Source: Burkholderiales bacterium
GTDB taxonomy: Bacteria; Pseudomonadota; Gammaproteobacteria; Burkholderiales; SG8-39
Reading direction: 5' to 3'
Assembly: GCA_038206915.1 (NCBI GenBank)
Contig: JBBRAI010000001.1
Coordinates: 36,025 to 100,024, forward strand
Length of the DNA: 64,000 nucleotides
Shown piece after piece: positions 51,228 to 60,786 of this stretch; the first letter of the stretch is position 1, and each line of letters opens with the position of its first letter. The position numbers and the translations under genes were made by a program. The notes under the pieces are model-generated. The model made no database searches. It was not told where the DNA came from and saw nothing but the letters and a program-made list of their open reading frames with translations.

Positions 51228-51364
51228 GCGTGGTACGAACAAGGGGGCGATGCCCCCTTATAGATCCCCCAAGTCAGAGGAAGCAACTAGTGCGTAACGA
51301 ACTTGACCATAGCTTCCCCAGAAACAATGGCGCGGCGTTCGAAGAAAATGCCGACGTGCCTCCC

Positions 51365-52783
51365 ATGACCAAGCGCAAGAATAGATCCGAATCCGGCAAG
51401 TCCCTGACCAAGCTGTTCGTGCTCGACACCAATGTCCTGATGCACGATCCCACCAGCCTGTTCCGCTTCGAGGAGCACGATGTGTTCCTGCCGATCATGA
51501 CGCTGGAAGAACTCGACGGGCACAAGAAAGGCTTGTCCGAAGTCGCCCGCAACGCGCGCCAGGCAAGCCGCTACCTCGACGATATCGTCAGCAGCGTCGC
51601 CGGCAAGATCGACTCAGGCATCCCGCTCAGGCGCCACAAGGGTGATTTTGCGGAGGGCAAGCTGTTCCTGCAGACCCAGGCGCTGGACAGCGCGCTTCCC
51701 GCGTCGCTCGCCATGGGCAAGGCGGACAATCACATCATCGGCGTGGTAATGGCCCTGCAGCGCGAACAGCCGCAGCGCCAGGTCATCCTGGTGTCCAAGG
51801 ACATCAACATGCGCATCAAGGCGCGCGCGCTCGGGCTCGCCGCCGAAGACTATTTCAACGACAAGGTGCTGGAGGATATCGACCGGCTCTACACCGGCGT
51901 GCGCGAATTGCCGCAGGATTTCTGGGACACTCACGGCAAGGACATGGAGTCGTGGAAGAAGGAAGGACGCAGCTTCTATCGCATCAAGGGTCCGCTGTGC
52001 CAGCAGATGCTGGTCAATGAATTCGTCTATCAGGAAGGCGAGCGTCCGCTGCACGCGATCGTGCGCGAACAGAGCGGGCGCACCGCGGTGCTGGAAACCA
52101 TCAAGGACTATTCACATCAGAAGAACAACATCTGGGGCATCACCGCGCGCAACCGCGAACAGAACTTCGCGCTCAATCTGTTGATGAACCCGGATATCGA
52201 TTTCATCACCCTGCTCGGCCAGGCGGGCACCGGCAAGACCCTGCTCACCCTCGCAGCCGGGCTGATGCAGACGCTTGAGGCCAAGATATTCTCCGAAATC
52301 ATCATTACCCGCGTGACCGTTCCCGTCGGCGAGGACATCGGTTTCCTCCCCGGGACCGAGGAAGAAAAGATGAATCCCTGGATGGGCGCGCTCGAAGACA
52401 ATCTCGATGTGCTCAACAAATCGGATGACGAAGGCGGCGACTGGGGACGCGCCGCGACGCGCGACCTGATCCGTTCGCGCATCAAGGTGAAATCGCTCAA
52501 TTTCATGCGCGGCCGCACCTTCCTCAACAAATACCTGATCATAGATGAAGCGCAGAACCTCACGCCCAAGCAGATGCGCACACTGATCACCCGCGCGGGC
52601 CCCGGCACCAAGGTGGTGTGTCTGGGCAACATCGCGCAGATAGACACACCCTACCTCACCGAAGGCTCATCCGGCCTGACCTACGTCGTCGATCGTTTCA
52701 AAGGCTGGGTCCACGGCGGCCACGTCACCCTGCAGCGCGGCGAGCGCTCGCGCCTGGCCGACCACGCAGCCGAGGTGCTCTAG
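51365..52783 (+). CDS. PIN-domain plus PhoH-like ATPase (PhoH2/YlaK-type)
   Basis: Start trimmed to MTKRKNRSE.. PIN region LFVLDTNVLMHDP..LEELD. Walker A GQAGTGKTLLTLAAG. Walker B LIIDEAQNL. Confidence 0.85.
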   Translation: MTKRKNRSESGKSLTKLFVLDTNVLMHDPTSLFRFEEHDVFLPIMTLEELDGHKKGLSEVARNARQASRYLDDIVSSVAGKIDSGIPLRRHKGDFAEGKLFLQTQALDSALPASLAMGKADNHIIGVVMALQREQPQRQVILVSKDINMRIKARALGLAAEDYFNDKVLEDIDRLYTGVRELPQDFWDTHGKDMESWKKEGRSFYRIKGPLCQQMLVNEFVYQEGERPLHAIVREQSGRTAVLETIKDYSHQKNNIWGITARNREQNFALNLLMNPDIDFITLLGQAGTGKTLLTLAAGLMQTLEAKIFSEIIITRVTVPVGEDIGFLPGTEEEKMNPWMGALEDNLDVLNKSDDEGGDWGRAATRDLIRSRIKVKSLNFMRGRTFLNKYLIIDEAQNLTPKQMRTLITRAGPGTKVVCLGNIAQIDTPYLTEGSSGLTYVVDRFKGWVHGGHVTLQRGERSRLADHAAEVL

Positions 52784-52892
52784 CGCCGCGCCGGGCGGCT
52801 GGACAATAATTGTCGAAATTGCCCGCCTTGGATAGACTGAGACAGGTATAGCCATCGGAGTTGGATAGGCGCACGTTGCCGGGGAGGGAACT

Positions 52893-55511
52893 GTGAGTGC
52901 TGGTGTCCTGTGGTTGGACGAGGTCGGGGCGACTGACGGCCAGCTTGTCGGCGGCAAGGCTGCGAATCTCGGTGAACTTCTGCGCATAGGCTTCCCGGTT
53001 CCCAACGGATTTGTCGTTTCCGCAGACGCCTACTCGCGCTTCTACCAAAGCCTCGGACTGCAGGCCAACCTGGCTCGCGACGCATCCGCGACCGAAATCG
53101 CGCAGGAATGCGCAGCCATTCGCAGCACTATAGAAGGCGCAGATCTGACGCCGGAACTCGCTGACGCGATCCTTAGCGCGCACGCCACGCTGGTGGCGGG
53201 CCATGCGCGCAAGGTCCTATGCGCAGTGCGAAGTTCCGCGACAGCGGAAGATCTGGGCGCGGCAAGCTTCGCCGGACAGCATGGTACCTACTACTACGTC
53301 GACCGCGAAAACCTGCTCACAAAAGTGAAGCAGTGCTGGGCCTCGCTGTGGAGTCCGGAAGCCGCATCCTACCGGGCGACACATGGAATCGACGATGCAT
53401 CGGTTTCGATGGCGGTCGTGGTGCAGGAGATGATCCCCTCTGAAATTGCCGGAGTTGCGTTTACCGCGAACCCGGTCACTGGTGCCCGTGATGAGGTGGT
53501 CATCGAGTCGAGCTGGGGCATGGGTGCTGCGATCGTGGACGGACGCGTCACGCCCGATCACTACGTTGTCGCTCGAGATGGCCTGAAATTGCGCGACAAG
53601 CGCATCGCCGAGAAGCGGCTGATGGTGTCAGCGCACCTCGAGCCCGGTCAACATGCCCGGCTCGAACAGGTGCCGAATGAAATGCGGCTCAAGGAAGCGC
53701 TTCCGCCGGGCATGGTCGACACGATCGTGGAGTGGTCGCTGAAATCCGAGGCCCATTTTGGCAAACCACAGGACGTTGAATGGGCCGTCTGCGAAGGCCG
53801 GTTCTATATTCTTCAATCGCGACCGGTCACGGTCATGGGGCGCGAAGAGATTGGCGCCGGACTCAGTGGCAAGCATGTATTGTTCAAGCCGATATTCGAG
53901 AACTTCACCGATCCCCTGACACCGCTCACGCAAGATCTGTTCGAGGTCTACCCGATGCTGAGCATGCGCTTCGTTCGCGGCTGGCTATATATGGATATAA
54001 GTCACCTGCGGCGCCTGTTGCCATTCAAGGTCAGCGACCAGGATCTTGCCGAACGCATGTACTCGGTCTCGAAGGAGCCGCCCGACTGGCCACTTTCCTT
54101 GGCCAAACTACCCGCATCTCTGCTTGCCGGCTTCGTGTTCTATCTCACGGCTGCGGTTCTGTTCGCGCGGTCGAATTCGCTGCCGGATGATGCCCTGGAC
54201 AGCCATCGCGCGACCTGCCGCAGAATGGCACAGAACGAATCCGTTTCGGCAGAAGACACACTACCGCGCTTATGGATGTTACCTCGCCTGTTCGCACCGG
54301 TTGCCGACCTGCCGCTGCTGCTGAATCTGGCGTCATTTCGCTTTACGCTGTGGATGGGCATTCTGCGCCGATTAGTGCGGCGCTGGGCGCCAGAGATCCG
54401 ATCGGATGCGGAAACCTTGCTCGGATCCGGCACCGATGGCGTGCTTTCCGCGGAGATGGGTCGTGGGATCTGGGCTCTCGCGCAGGAAGCGCGAAGAAGC
54501 GCGCGCGTTCGCGAAATATTTCTCAAGCAACGACCCGAGCAGACTCTTATGACTTTGAAGCGAGAGCCCGAGGCGCGCATTTTTCTTGCCCGGCTCGATC
54601 AGTTCCTGGCAATCAATGGCCATCGCGCAATCAAAGAGTTCGAATTGCGCTCGGTGCGCTGGGAGGAGGATCCATCAGTCGTGCTGGGCATGGTCCGCAA
54701 TTACGTGCTGGTCGAGGCGGAACCTGTGGTGCATGAGAAAAAGGCCGCAGAAGCGCGTACCGAATTTCTGCGCGAATTGAAGGCGGCGCTGATGAAACTC
54801 CCATTCGAATCCGCTCTGGGATTCCGGCTGCGCATGATCCGCCATGCGGCGGAACGAGTCAGGTACTTCATGAAGCTTCGCGAGAACACCCGCTTCTACC
54901 ACATCATGGGCCCCGGTACGGTGCGCAAGAAGGTGCTTAAGATCGAAGCCGAACTCATGCGCGACGGCAAGCTCAAGTGCAAGGACGACATTTTCTACAT
55001 GCGCTTTCCGGAAATTGCGGCATTGCAGTCAGGCGCTCTCAAATGGCTGGACGTCGAAGACAAAATCCGCGAACGACGCATCGAGCACATCCGGCTGTCG
55101 AAAATGGGACCGCCCAAGACGATCGGAATTGAACTCAAGGGCAAATCGGCCGCGCCCGACCTTGCCGTGGACGTTTCGCAACTGCGGGGCCAGCCTGCAT
55201 CGCCCGGCCGCTTCGAGGGCAATGCGCGGGTGATTCTGGATCCTTCCATCGACGCGAGTATCGAACCCGGTGAAATTTTGATTGCTCCGTATACCGATCC
55301 GGCGTGGACGCCGTTGTTTCTCACCGCAGGCGCGGCAGTGGTCGAAGTCGGGAGCTATCTTTCGCACGCGGGGACGGTGGCCAGGGAATTCGGCATGCCA
55401 TGCGTGGTGGATGTTCCCGGCGCGACCTTGAAAATCCACACTGGAGACCGCATTTCCGTCGATGGAGAACGCGGATCTGTTCGCGTTCTTTCAGGAGGCG
55501 CCGCCACATGA
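52893..55511 (+). CDS. PEP-utilizing kinase of the rifampin phosphotransferase (RPH) architecture
   Basis: 872 aa, GTG start. N-terminal PPDK_N ATP-grasp (VGGKAANLGEL, VRSSATAEDL..SFAGQH, DVEWAV..FYILQSRPVT). C-terminal swivel His domain (APYTDPAWTPLFLTAGAAVVEVGSYLSHAGTVAREFGMPCVV). Also collinear with the recalled Listeria RPH in the central domain. Confidence 0.8.
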   Translation: MSAGVLWLDEVGATDGQLVGGKAANLGELLRIGFPVPNGFVVSADAYSRFYQSLGLQANLARDASATEIAQECAAIRSTIEGADLTPELADAILSAHATLVAGHARKVLCAVRSSATAEDLGAASFAGQHGTYYYVDRENLLTKVKQCWASLWSPEAASYRATHGIDDASVSMAVVVQEMIPSEIAGVAFTANPVTGARDEVVIESSWGMGAAIVDGRVTPDHYVVARDGLKLRDKRIAEKRLMVSAHLEPGQHARLEQVPNEMRLKEALPPGMVDTIVEWSLKSEAHFGKPQDVEWAVCEGRFYILQSRPVTVMGREEIGAGLSGKHVLFKPIFENFTDPLTPLTQDLFEVYPMLSMRFVRGWLYMDISHLRRLLPFKVSDQDLAERMYSVSKEPPDWPLSLAKLPASLLAGFVFYLTAAVLFARSNSLPDDALDSHRATCRRMAQNESVSAEDTLPRLWMLPRLFAPVADLPLLLNLASFRFTLWMGILRRLVRRWAPEIRSDAETLLGSGTDGVLSAEMGRGIWALAQEARRSARVREIFLKQRPEQTLMTLKREPEARIFLARLDQFLAINGHRAIKEFELRSVRWEEDPSVVLGMVRNYVLVEAEPVVHEKKAAEARTEFLRELKAALMKLPFESALGFRLRMIRHAAERVRYFMKLRENTRFYHIMGPGTVRKKVLKIEAELMRDGKLKCKDDIFYMRFPEIAALQSGALKWLDVEDKIRERRIEHIRLSKMGPPKTIGIELKGKSAAPDLAVDVSQLRGQPASPGRFEGNARVILDPSIDASIEPGEILIAPYTDPAWTPLFLTAGAAVVEVGSYLSHAGTVAREFGMPCVVDVPGATLKIHTGDRISVDGERGSVRVLSGGAAT

Positions 55512-55795
55512 TCGTGCTGGGACAAATCGGGACATTTGGGGTCGGCGTGTTTCTGATGATCGCAATGATCGGCGCCCTCTACGGCGTTGTCGATCTTTGG
55601 TACATGATCGGCAGCGCCTGGCCGCGGGTGGTTCGCGCGATCCTGGCTTGGGCAATTGCGATAGCAGCGGTTGCATGGCTGCTCCCATTGCCATACCGGT
55701 TGGCGTTTGCTTGGGGACTGACGGCATATCTGGTCGTCTATATCAGTCTGTTTCCAATGTTACGTATTTTCATGCGCGTTCACCGCAGGACTTAG
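55508..55795 (+). CDS. small hydrophobic membrane protein (95 aa, about 3 TM helices), translationally coupled to the RPH-like gene
   Basis: ATGA overlap with the upstream stop. MIVLGQIGTFGVGVFLMIAMIGALYG.. No family recognised. Confidence 0.5.
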   Translation: MIVLGQIGTFGVGVFLMIAMIGALYGVVDLWYMIGSAWPRVVRAILAWAIAIAAVAWLLPLPYRLAFAWGLTAYLVVYISLFPMLRIFMRVHRRT

Positions 55796-56027
55796 ACCGC
55801 CCCCGGCTGTTAGCGGAGAAGCAGATGGTCGACGATCGCAGGCGCGGAGCCGCGGTGGTGACCGCAGCATCCTATGGGATCGGTTAGGCATGCGTACTGC
55901 GACCTACCGCTCACGGCTTTCGCGTGCTCGGGACAGTGCGCAGGCCGGTAGACGGCGAGGCGCTTGAGTTGTTGCCGCCGCTGCGCAAGTCGACCGGGCG
56001 AATCGTCAACGTAGCAAAGGACCGACA

Positions 56028-56585
56028 TTGAGGCCATTCAACGCGAATCAGGAAAGCCCCGGTCACGTATGGTTCATGCGCATCGCGTCGCTGGCCGCGA
56101 TATTTGCCGTCCTCGCAGCGATCGGCTTCTTCCTGCGCCGAGGTGATACCCTGTATGCCATCTTCATGTTGGCGGCGGTTCCGGTCGTTGCAGGCCTGCT
56201 TGCGTGGACCTGGACCGGATCGCTGTTCACGTCGCTGGAATGGGCAAAGCGGTATGTCCAGGGTGCGGAAGGCGCGCATCGACATGAGTGGTATTCATTC
56301 AAAAGCCAGCGCGTGCGCGTGTTTCTCGACGATGCGCGGCAACCCTGGTTCCCGGTAATCGAAATTGCTTTCATCCTGGATATCAAAGTCGAAAAGAACA
56401 CATTCCGCCATTACGGGTCGGATCAGTATGGAATCCCCGATTCCGCGTCCGAACCCTGTCTATCCGAAACCGGGCTGCGACGCCTGATCAAATACAGCAC
56501 CCACCCCGACGCGGGCGCACTGCACAACTGGCTTGAGCGCGAGGTATTGCGCATGCTGAGAAACAGGAGAGAGCGTCAGGTCTGA
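56028..56585 (+). CDS. membrane-anchored protein with a Bro-N/KilA-N-like domain
   Basis: TTG start with AAGGA 6 nt upstream (alternative ATG 56076). Two N-terminal TM helices, then WYSFKSQRVRVFLDDARQPWFPVIEIAFILDI...LSETGLRRLIKYSTHPDAGALHNWLEREVL, which resembles the Bro-N pattern (F.F....VRV...G.PWF.A.D....L). Confidence 0.55.
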   Translation: MRPFNANQESPGHVWFMRIASLAAIFAVLAAIGFFLRRGDTLYAIFMLAAVPVVAGLLAWTWTGSLFTSLEWAKRYVQGAEGAHRHEWYSFKSQRVRVFLDDARQPWFPVIEIAFILDIKVEKNTFRHYGSDQYGIPDSASEPCLSETGLRRLIKYSTHPDAGALHNWLEREVLRMLRNRRERQV

Positions 56586-56741
56586 GCCGGGACGAAGCAG
56601 GAAGCCGGGACCCACGATCGAAGCTGGACTGGATATCTGCTTCCGAGCCGATCGAACGGCTGCTTAGGGTTGCGGATTCAACCCGTACGCCGACCCGCAG
56701 GCGGCAACAACCAATCCGGGCCGAAACTGCACCAACTCAAA

Positions 56742-58130
56742 TCAATATCGGCCCGGGTCCGCGTAATTTTCGAAGCGCGTGTACTCGCCGATGAAGGTCA
56801 GGTTCAGCGTGCCGATCGGGCCGTTGCGCTGCTTGCCGATGATGATCTCGGCCTTGCCCTTGTCGGCTGACTCGGGGTTGTAGACCTCGTCGCGATAGAT
56901 GAACAGGATCAGGTCTGCGTCCTGCTCGATCGCGCCCGATTCGCGCAGATCGGACATCACCGGGCGCTTGTTCGGGCGCTGCTCCAGGCCGCGATTGAGC
57001 TGCGACAGCGCGACCACCGGCACATGCAGCTCCTTTGCCAGCGCCTTGAGCGAGCGCGAGATCTCGGAAATCTCGGTAGCGCGATTCTCGCCGGAGGAGG
57101 TGGAGGACATCAGCTGCAGGTAGTCGACCACCACCAGGCCGAGGCCGTCGTACTGGCGGTGCATGCGGCGCGCGCGCGCGCGCAGCTCAAGGCAGTTCAG
57201 CGCCGGCGTTTCGTCGATGTGGATGGGCGCATCGTGCACCTTGCCCACCGCGTCGGTCAGGCGGCTCCAGTCCTCGTCGGTCAGGCGCCCGGTGCGCAGC
57301 TTCATCTGGTCCAGCCGGCCTATGGAGCCGAGCATGCGCATGGCAAGCTGCGAGCCCGCCATTTCCATGCTGAACACTGCCACCGGCAGGCGGTCGTTCA
57401 CCGACACGTGCTCGGCGATATTGAGCGCGAACGCGGTCTTGCCCATGCTCGGCCGTCCGGCGACGATGATCAGGTCGCCCTGCTGCAGCCCCGAGGTCTT
57501 CTGGTCGAGATCGTGGAAGCCGGTCGCGAGCCCGGTTATGTCCGAAGGATTGTCGCGGTGATAGAGCATGTCGATGCGCTCCATCACCTGCGCCAGGATA
57601 GGCTGGATTTCGACCAGGCCCTGGCGTCCGCGCGCCCCCGCCTCGGCGATCTCGAACACGCGCGACTCGGCCTCGTCGAGCAATTTTGCCACTTCCTTGC
57701 CCATCGGATTAAGGGCGGAGTCGGCGATGCCGGTGCCGACTTCTATCAGTCTCCTCTGGATCGCGCGCTCGCGCACGATCTCGGCGTAGCGCCGGATGTT
57801 GTGCGCCGAGGGCGTGTTCTGCGCCAGCGCGCCGAGATACGCAAGCCCGCCGGTCTTGTCCTTGTCCTCGCTTTGCTCGATCGACTCGAACACCGTGACC
57901 ATATCGGCCGGCCGGTTCTTCTCCATCAGCTTGCCGATGTGGCGGAAGATGCGGCGGTGATCGTCGCGATAGAAATTGCTCTCCGCGAGGATGTCGGCGA
58001 CGCGCTCCCAGGCCTGGTTGTCGAGCAGCAGACCGCCCAGCACCGACTGCTCCGCCTCGATCGAATGCGGCGGCACGCGCAGCTGCGCGAGCTGCGGGTC
58101 GTTCACGGATTGAGGGATTGCCTGCGCCAT
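56742..58130 (-). CDS. dnaB: replicative DNA helicase
   Basis: Start trimmed to MAQAIPQS.. PPHSIEAEQSVLGGLL, Walker A GRPSMGKTAFALNIA. Confidence 0.95.
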   Translation of the reverse strand: MAQAIPQSVNDPQLAQLRVPPHSIEAEQSVLGGLLLDNQAWERVADILAESNFYRDDHRRIFRHIGKLMEKNRPADMVTVFESIEQSEDKDKTGGLAYLGALAQNTPSAHNIRRYAEIVRERAIQRRLIEVGTGIADSALNPMGKEVAKLLDEAESRVFEIAEAGARGRQGLVEIQPILAQVMERIDMLYHRDNPSDITGLATGFHDLDQKTSGLQQGDLIIVAGRPSMGKTAFALNIAEHVSVNDRLPVAVFSMEMAGSQLAMRMLGSIGRLDQMKLRTGRLTDEDWSRLTDAVGKVHDAPIHIDETPALNCLELRARARRMHRQYDGLGLVVVDYLQLMSSTSSGENRATEISEISRSLKALAKELHVPVVALSQLNRGLEQRPNKRPVMSDLRESGAIEQDADLILFIYRDEVYNPESADKGKAEIIIGKQRNGPIGTLNLTFIGEYTRFENYADPGRY

Positions 58131-58187
58131 GGGGTGCACTCTGCGGGAGTGCAAATTCTACTCCAAGATGTTCCTGTTTTTATCCAT

Positions 58188-58255
58188 AACCGTGTTTTTG
58201 GTGCGGATACGCTTTTCATCCGCGCCAAAAAACGCGGTTGGCGCGCAGAGCGCGC
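58188..58255 (-). repeat. partial, inverted copy 3 of the multi-hairpin repeat (hairpin-1 module plus GCGCGC-N3-GCGCGC)
   Basis: aaccgtgtttttggtgcggat / atccgcgccaaaaaacgcggtt (58188-58208/58218-58239, 2 G.U pairs plus 1 bulge), followed by gcgcgcagagcgcgc (58241-58255). The reverse complement aligns with the first ~70 nt of copies 1 and 2. Confidence 0.65.
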
Positions 58256-58272
58256 AATCGGCGATCTTGAAT

Positions 58273-58301
58273 AAAAAAAGGCCGGAACCCCGGCCTTTTT
58301 T
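58273..58301. terminator. bidirectional Rho-independent terminator after rplI
   Basis: A7-GGCCGG-aacc-CCGGCC-T6, located 17 nt downstream of the rplI stop. Confidence 0.8.
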
Positions 58302-58317
58302 AATCAACAGCTTGAAG

Positions 58318-58773
58318 CTATTCGGCTGCTTCGCCGAGCACCGAAACGGTGATGTGCACCACTACGTCCGAGTGCAGGCCGATGGCGATCGAATTGTCGC
58401 CGATCTGCTTCAGCGGCCCCTCGGGCAGCCTGACATGGGAACGCTCCACGGCAAAGCCCTGTGCCTCCAGCGCCTCTACGATGTCATGCGTGGTGACCGA
58501 GCCGAACAGGCGCCCGTCCACGCCGGTCTTGCGCGTGATCTGGACCGTGAGGCCGTCGACCTTGGCGCCCAGTTCCTGCGCCTTGGCCAGCGCCTCGTTC
58601 TGCGCCTTTTCCAGATCGCCGCGGCGCGCTTCGAAAGCGGCGAGGTTTTCCGGCGTGGCGCGCTTGGCCTTGCCGTGCGGGATCAGGAAATTGCGGGCGT
58701 AACCCTCCTTCACCTTGACCACTTCGCCGAGGCCGCCGAGATTGACCACTTTTTCCAGCAGTATTACTTGCAT
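58318..58773 (-). CDS. rplI: 50S ribosomal protein L9
   Basis: Start trimmed to [32 protein letters not shown]. Confidence 0.95.
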   Translation of the reverse strand: MQVILLEKVVNLGGLGEVVKVKEGYARNFLIPHGKAKRATPENLAAFEARRGDLEKAQNEALAKAQELGAKVDGLTVQITRKTGVDGRLFGSVTTHDIVEALEAQGFAVERSHVRLPEGPLKQIGDNSIAIGLHSDVVVHITVSVLGEAAE

Positions 58774-58825
58774 GGTGATACTCCTAAGAACCCGTAACAA
58801 TAGTCATTTTGTTACGGCTGATATA

Positions 58826-58858
58826 GGGGAGCACGAGGGGAGTTATCCCCTCGTTTTG
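58826..58858 (+). repeat. GGGAGC-ACGAGGGGA-gtta-TCCCCTCGT-TTTG hairpin element (short form)
   Basis: 9-bp stem 58833-58841/58846-58854, 4-nt loop, T4 tail on the plus strand only. The genes here are on the minus strand. Confidence 0.65.
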
Positions 58859-58868
58859 TTGCGAAATC

Positions 58869-59165
58869 TTAATGCAGGTCGGTGTACGGCAGCAGCGCCA
58901 GATAGCGCGCACGCTTGATCGCCGTCGACAACTGGCGCTGGTATCCGGCTTTGGTGCCGGTGATGCGCGCCGGAATGATCCTGCCGTTCTCGTTGATGAA
59001 GTCCTTGAGTATCTCGATGTCCTTGTAGTCGATCCACTCGATCTTCTCCGCGGTGAAGCGGCAAAACTTGCGCCGTTTGAACAGCTGACGACCGCCCTTC
59101 TTGTCGTCTTTCTTGAGATTCTTGCCCTTGCCTTTACCTTTGGCGCCTCTTCTTGGTGGTGGCAT
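58869..59165 (-). CDS. rpsR: 30S ribosomal protein S18
   Basis: ..[46 protein letters not shown]. It has a Lys/Gly-rich N-terminal extension. Confidence 0.95.
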   Translation of the reverse strand: MPPPRRGAKGKGKGKNLKKDDKKGGRQLFKRRKFCRFTAEKIEWIDYKDIEILKDFINENGRIIPARITGTKAGYQRQLSTAIKRARYLALLPYTDLH

Positions 59166-59166
59166 G

Positions 59167-59469
59167 TCAGACTCCTTCTACGAATTCAATGTTGGTTGCG
59201 TGTAATACCAGCTGCTTGCTGTCGCGGCTCTTTTCCGCCAGGAATCCGGTGACCGTCACCTGCATTCCAGGCTTTGCCGCAGCGATCAGGCGCGCCTCGC
59301 GCTCGAAGGCCATTCCGGCCACCTCGCACTGCACCGCGCGCTTCGTGCCGGCTTCGACCTGCTCGGACGCGTGGCTGAGCCTGAAATTGACCACCGGAAT
59401 GCCGGCGGGCGTGTAGCGCAGCGCGTCGAGCTCGATCAGTTTGCCGGACAGCACGAACTGGTTGTCCAA
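59167..59469 (-). CDS. priB: primosomal replication protein N (PriB)
   Basis: C-terminal part of ORF 59167..59715. TTG start at 59469 gives 100 aa ([31 protein letters not shown]..). OB-fold pattern and the rpsF-priB-rpsR context. Confidence 0.8.
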   Translation of the reverse strand: MDNQFVLSGKLIELDALRYTPAGIPVVNFRLSHASEQVEAGTKRAVQCEVAGMAFEREARLIAAAKPGMQVTVTGFLAEKSRDSKQLVLHATNIEFVEGV

Positions 59470-59474
59470 TATGC

Positions 59475-59909
59475 TCAGGCAGCTTCGGCCGGCGTTTCTG
59501 CCCCGGCTGCTTCCGCGGCCCTGGGCGACTCCGACGCTCTGGGAGCATCGGCTGCCCGCGGCGCATCGCCGTTCAGCACCGAGCGCGATTTCTCTTCCTT
59601 CATCATCGGCGACGGCGCGGTGACTGCGGCCTTCATCTGCACGGTGAGGTGGCGCAGAACGGCATCGTTGAACTTGAACGAATGCTCGAGCTCGTCCAGG
59701 GTCTCCTGATCGCACTCGATGTTCATGAGCACGTAATGCGCCTTGTGCATCTTGGCGATCGGGAAGGTCATCTGGCGCCGGCCCCAGTCCTCGAGGCGGT
59801 GGATTGCGCCCTTGCGGGCGGCGATGGTGCCGCGATAGCGCTCGATCATCGCGGGCACCTGCTCGCTTTGATCGGGATGGACAATGAATACGATTTCGTA
59901 ATGTCGCAT
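59475..59909 (-). CDS. rpsF: 30S ribosomal protein S6
   Basis: [25 protein letters not shown].. with an acidic/Ala-rich C-terminal tail. Confidence 0.95.
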   Translation of the reverse strand: MRHYEIVFIVHPDQSEQVPAMIERYRGTIAARKGAIHRLEDWGRRQMTFPIAKMHKAHYVLMNIECDQETLDELEHSFKFNDAVLRHLTVQMKAAVTAPSPMMKEEKSRSVLNGDAPRAADAPRASESPRAAEAAGAETPAEAA

Positions 59910-60032
59910 GCAGTCTCCTTATGGGTTAAGCCTCCCGTCATGCGTAACGGTGAGGCAAGGTAAGCCGGATGGAAAAATCCGGCAATCAGCGGAAAGCGCG
60001 TGATTATAAAGGAAAAGTGCGCCTTCGGGCAA
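59910..60032 (-). promoter_or_regulatory. putative rpsF promoter plus structured 5' leader
   Basis: Minus strand: TTGCCC-18 nt-TATAAT (plus coordinates 60027-60032 / 60003-60008). The leader has GCCGGAT-ttttcc-ATCCGGC and CCTCACCGT-N8-ACGGGAGG hairpins just upstream of the AAGGAG SD. Confidence 0.4.
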
Positions 60033-60039
60033 GTATTTC

Positions 60040-60783
60040 TCAGGACCTGCCTGAGCGCCGTCGACGAGCCTCGAACAGCACCACCCCGCTCGCGACCGAA
60101 ACATTCAGGCTCTCGACCTGGCCCAGCATCGGAATCTTCACCAGCTGGTCGCAGGTGTCGCGCGTGAGGCGCCGCAGGCCCTCGCCTTCGGCGCCCAGCA
60201 CCCACGCGGTCGCGTCAGGCAGCTGCGCCGCGTAGATATCTTCGCTCGCGCCCGAATCCGCGCCCACTACCCAGATGTTGCGCTCCTTAAGTTCGCGCAG
60301 CGTGCGCGCGAGATTAGTCACCGCGATATAGGGCACGCTGTCGGCAGCGCCGCTTGCCACCTTGATCACCGCAGCCGACAGGCCCACCGCGCGGTCCTTG
60401 GGCGCAATCACCGCGTGGCAGCCGGCAGCATCGGCTACGCGTAGGCAGGCGCCGAGGTTGTGCGGGTCCTGCACCCCGTCGAGAACCAGCAGCAGCGCCG
60501 GCTCCTTCAGCGCGTCAAGCAGGTCTTCGAGCGAAACATGCCGGCGCACCGCATCCACCCTGGCGACCACACCCTGATGCCTGCCCGGCGGCGCCATGCC
60601 GTCCAGGCGCCTTGAATCCACGTGCAGCACGCGCAGCTTCAGGTTCTCCGCGAGCTTGACCAGATCGCGCATGCGCGGATCGGCGCGCGCACTGTCGCAG
60701 TAGAGTTCATGCACGCTTTTCGCATCGAGCCGCAAGCGCGCGGTGATGGCGTGAAAGCCGTGGATGAAACTGGTGCCGCCCAC
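60040..60783 (-). CDS. rlmB: 23S rRNA (guanosine-2'-O-)-methyltransferase RlmB (SpoU family)
   Basis: 247 aa, GTG start. [42 protein letters not shown]. Confidence 0.9.
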   Translation of the reverse strand: MGGTSFIHGFHAITARLRLDAKSVHELYCDSARADPRMRDLVKLAENLKLRVLHVDSRRLDGMAPPGRHQGVVARVDAVRRHVSLEDLLDALKEPALLLVLDGVQDPHNLGACLRVADAAGCHAVIAPKDRAVGLSAAVIKVASGAADSVPYIAVTNLARTLRELKERNIWVVGADSGASEDIYAAQLPDATAWVLGAEGEGLRRLTRDTCDQLVKIPMLGQVESLNVSVASGVVLFEARRRRSGRS

Positions 60784-60786
60784 CGA

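Noticed and set aside
56667-56684. tRNA T-arm-like sequence GGGTT-GCGGATTC-AACCC just downstream of the dnaB stop, considered as a possible island attachment-site remnant
   Set aside because: The loop is 8 nt and lacks the TTCRANY pattern. There is no acceptor-stem continuation and no matching repeat at the other side of the 52.8-56.7 kb islet or in tRNA-Leu.
58833-58854. The ACGAGGGGA/TCCCCTCGT hairpin as the Rho-independent terminator of rpsR
   Set aside because: The T-tract follows the stem only on the plus strand, while the operon is transcribed from the minus strand. The true terminator-like structure with tracts on both sides is at 58273-58301, after rplI.
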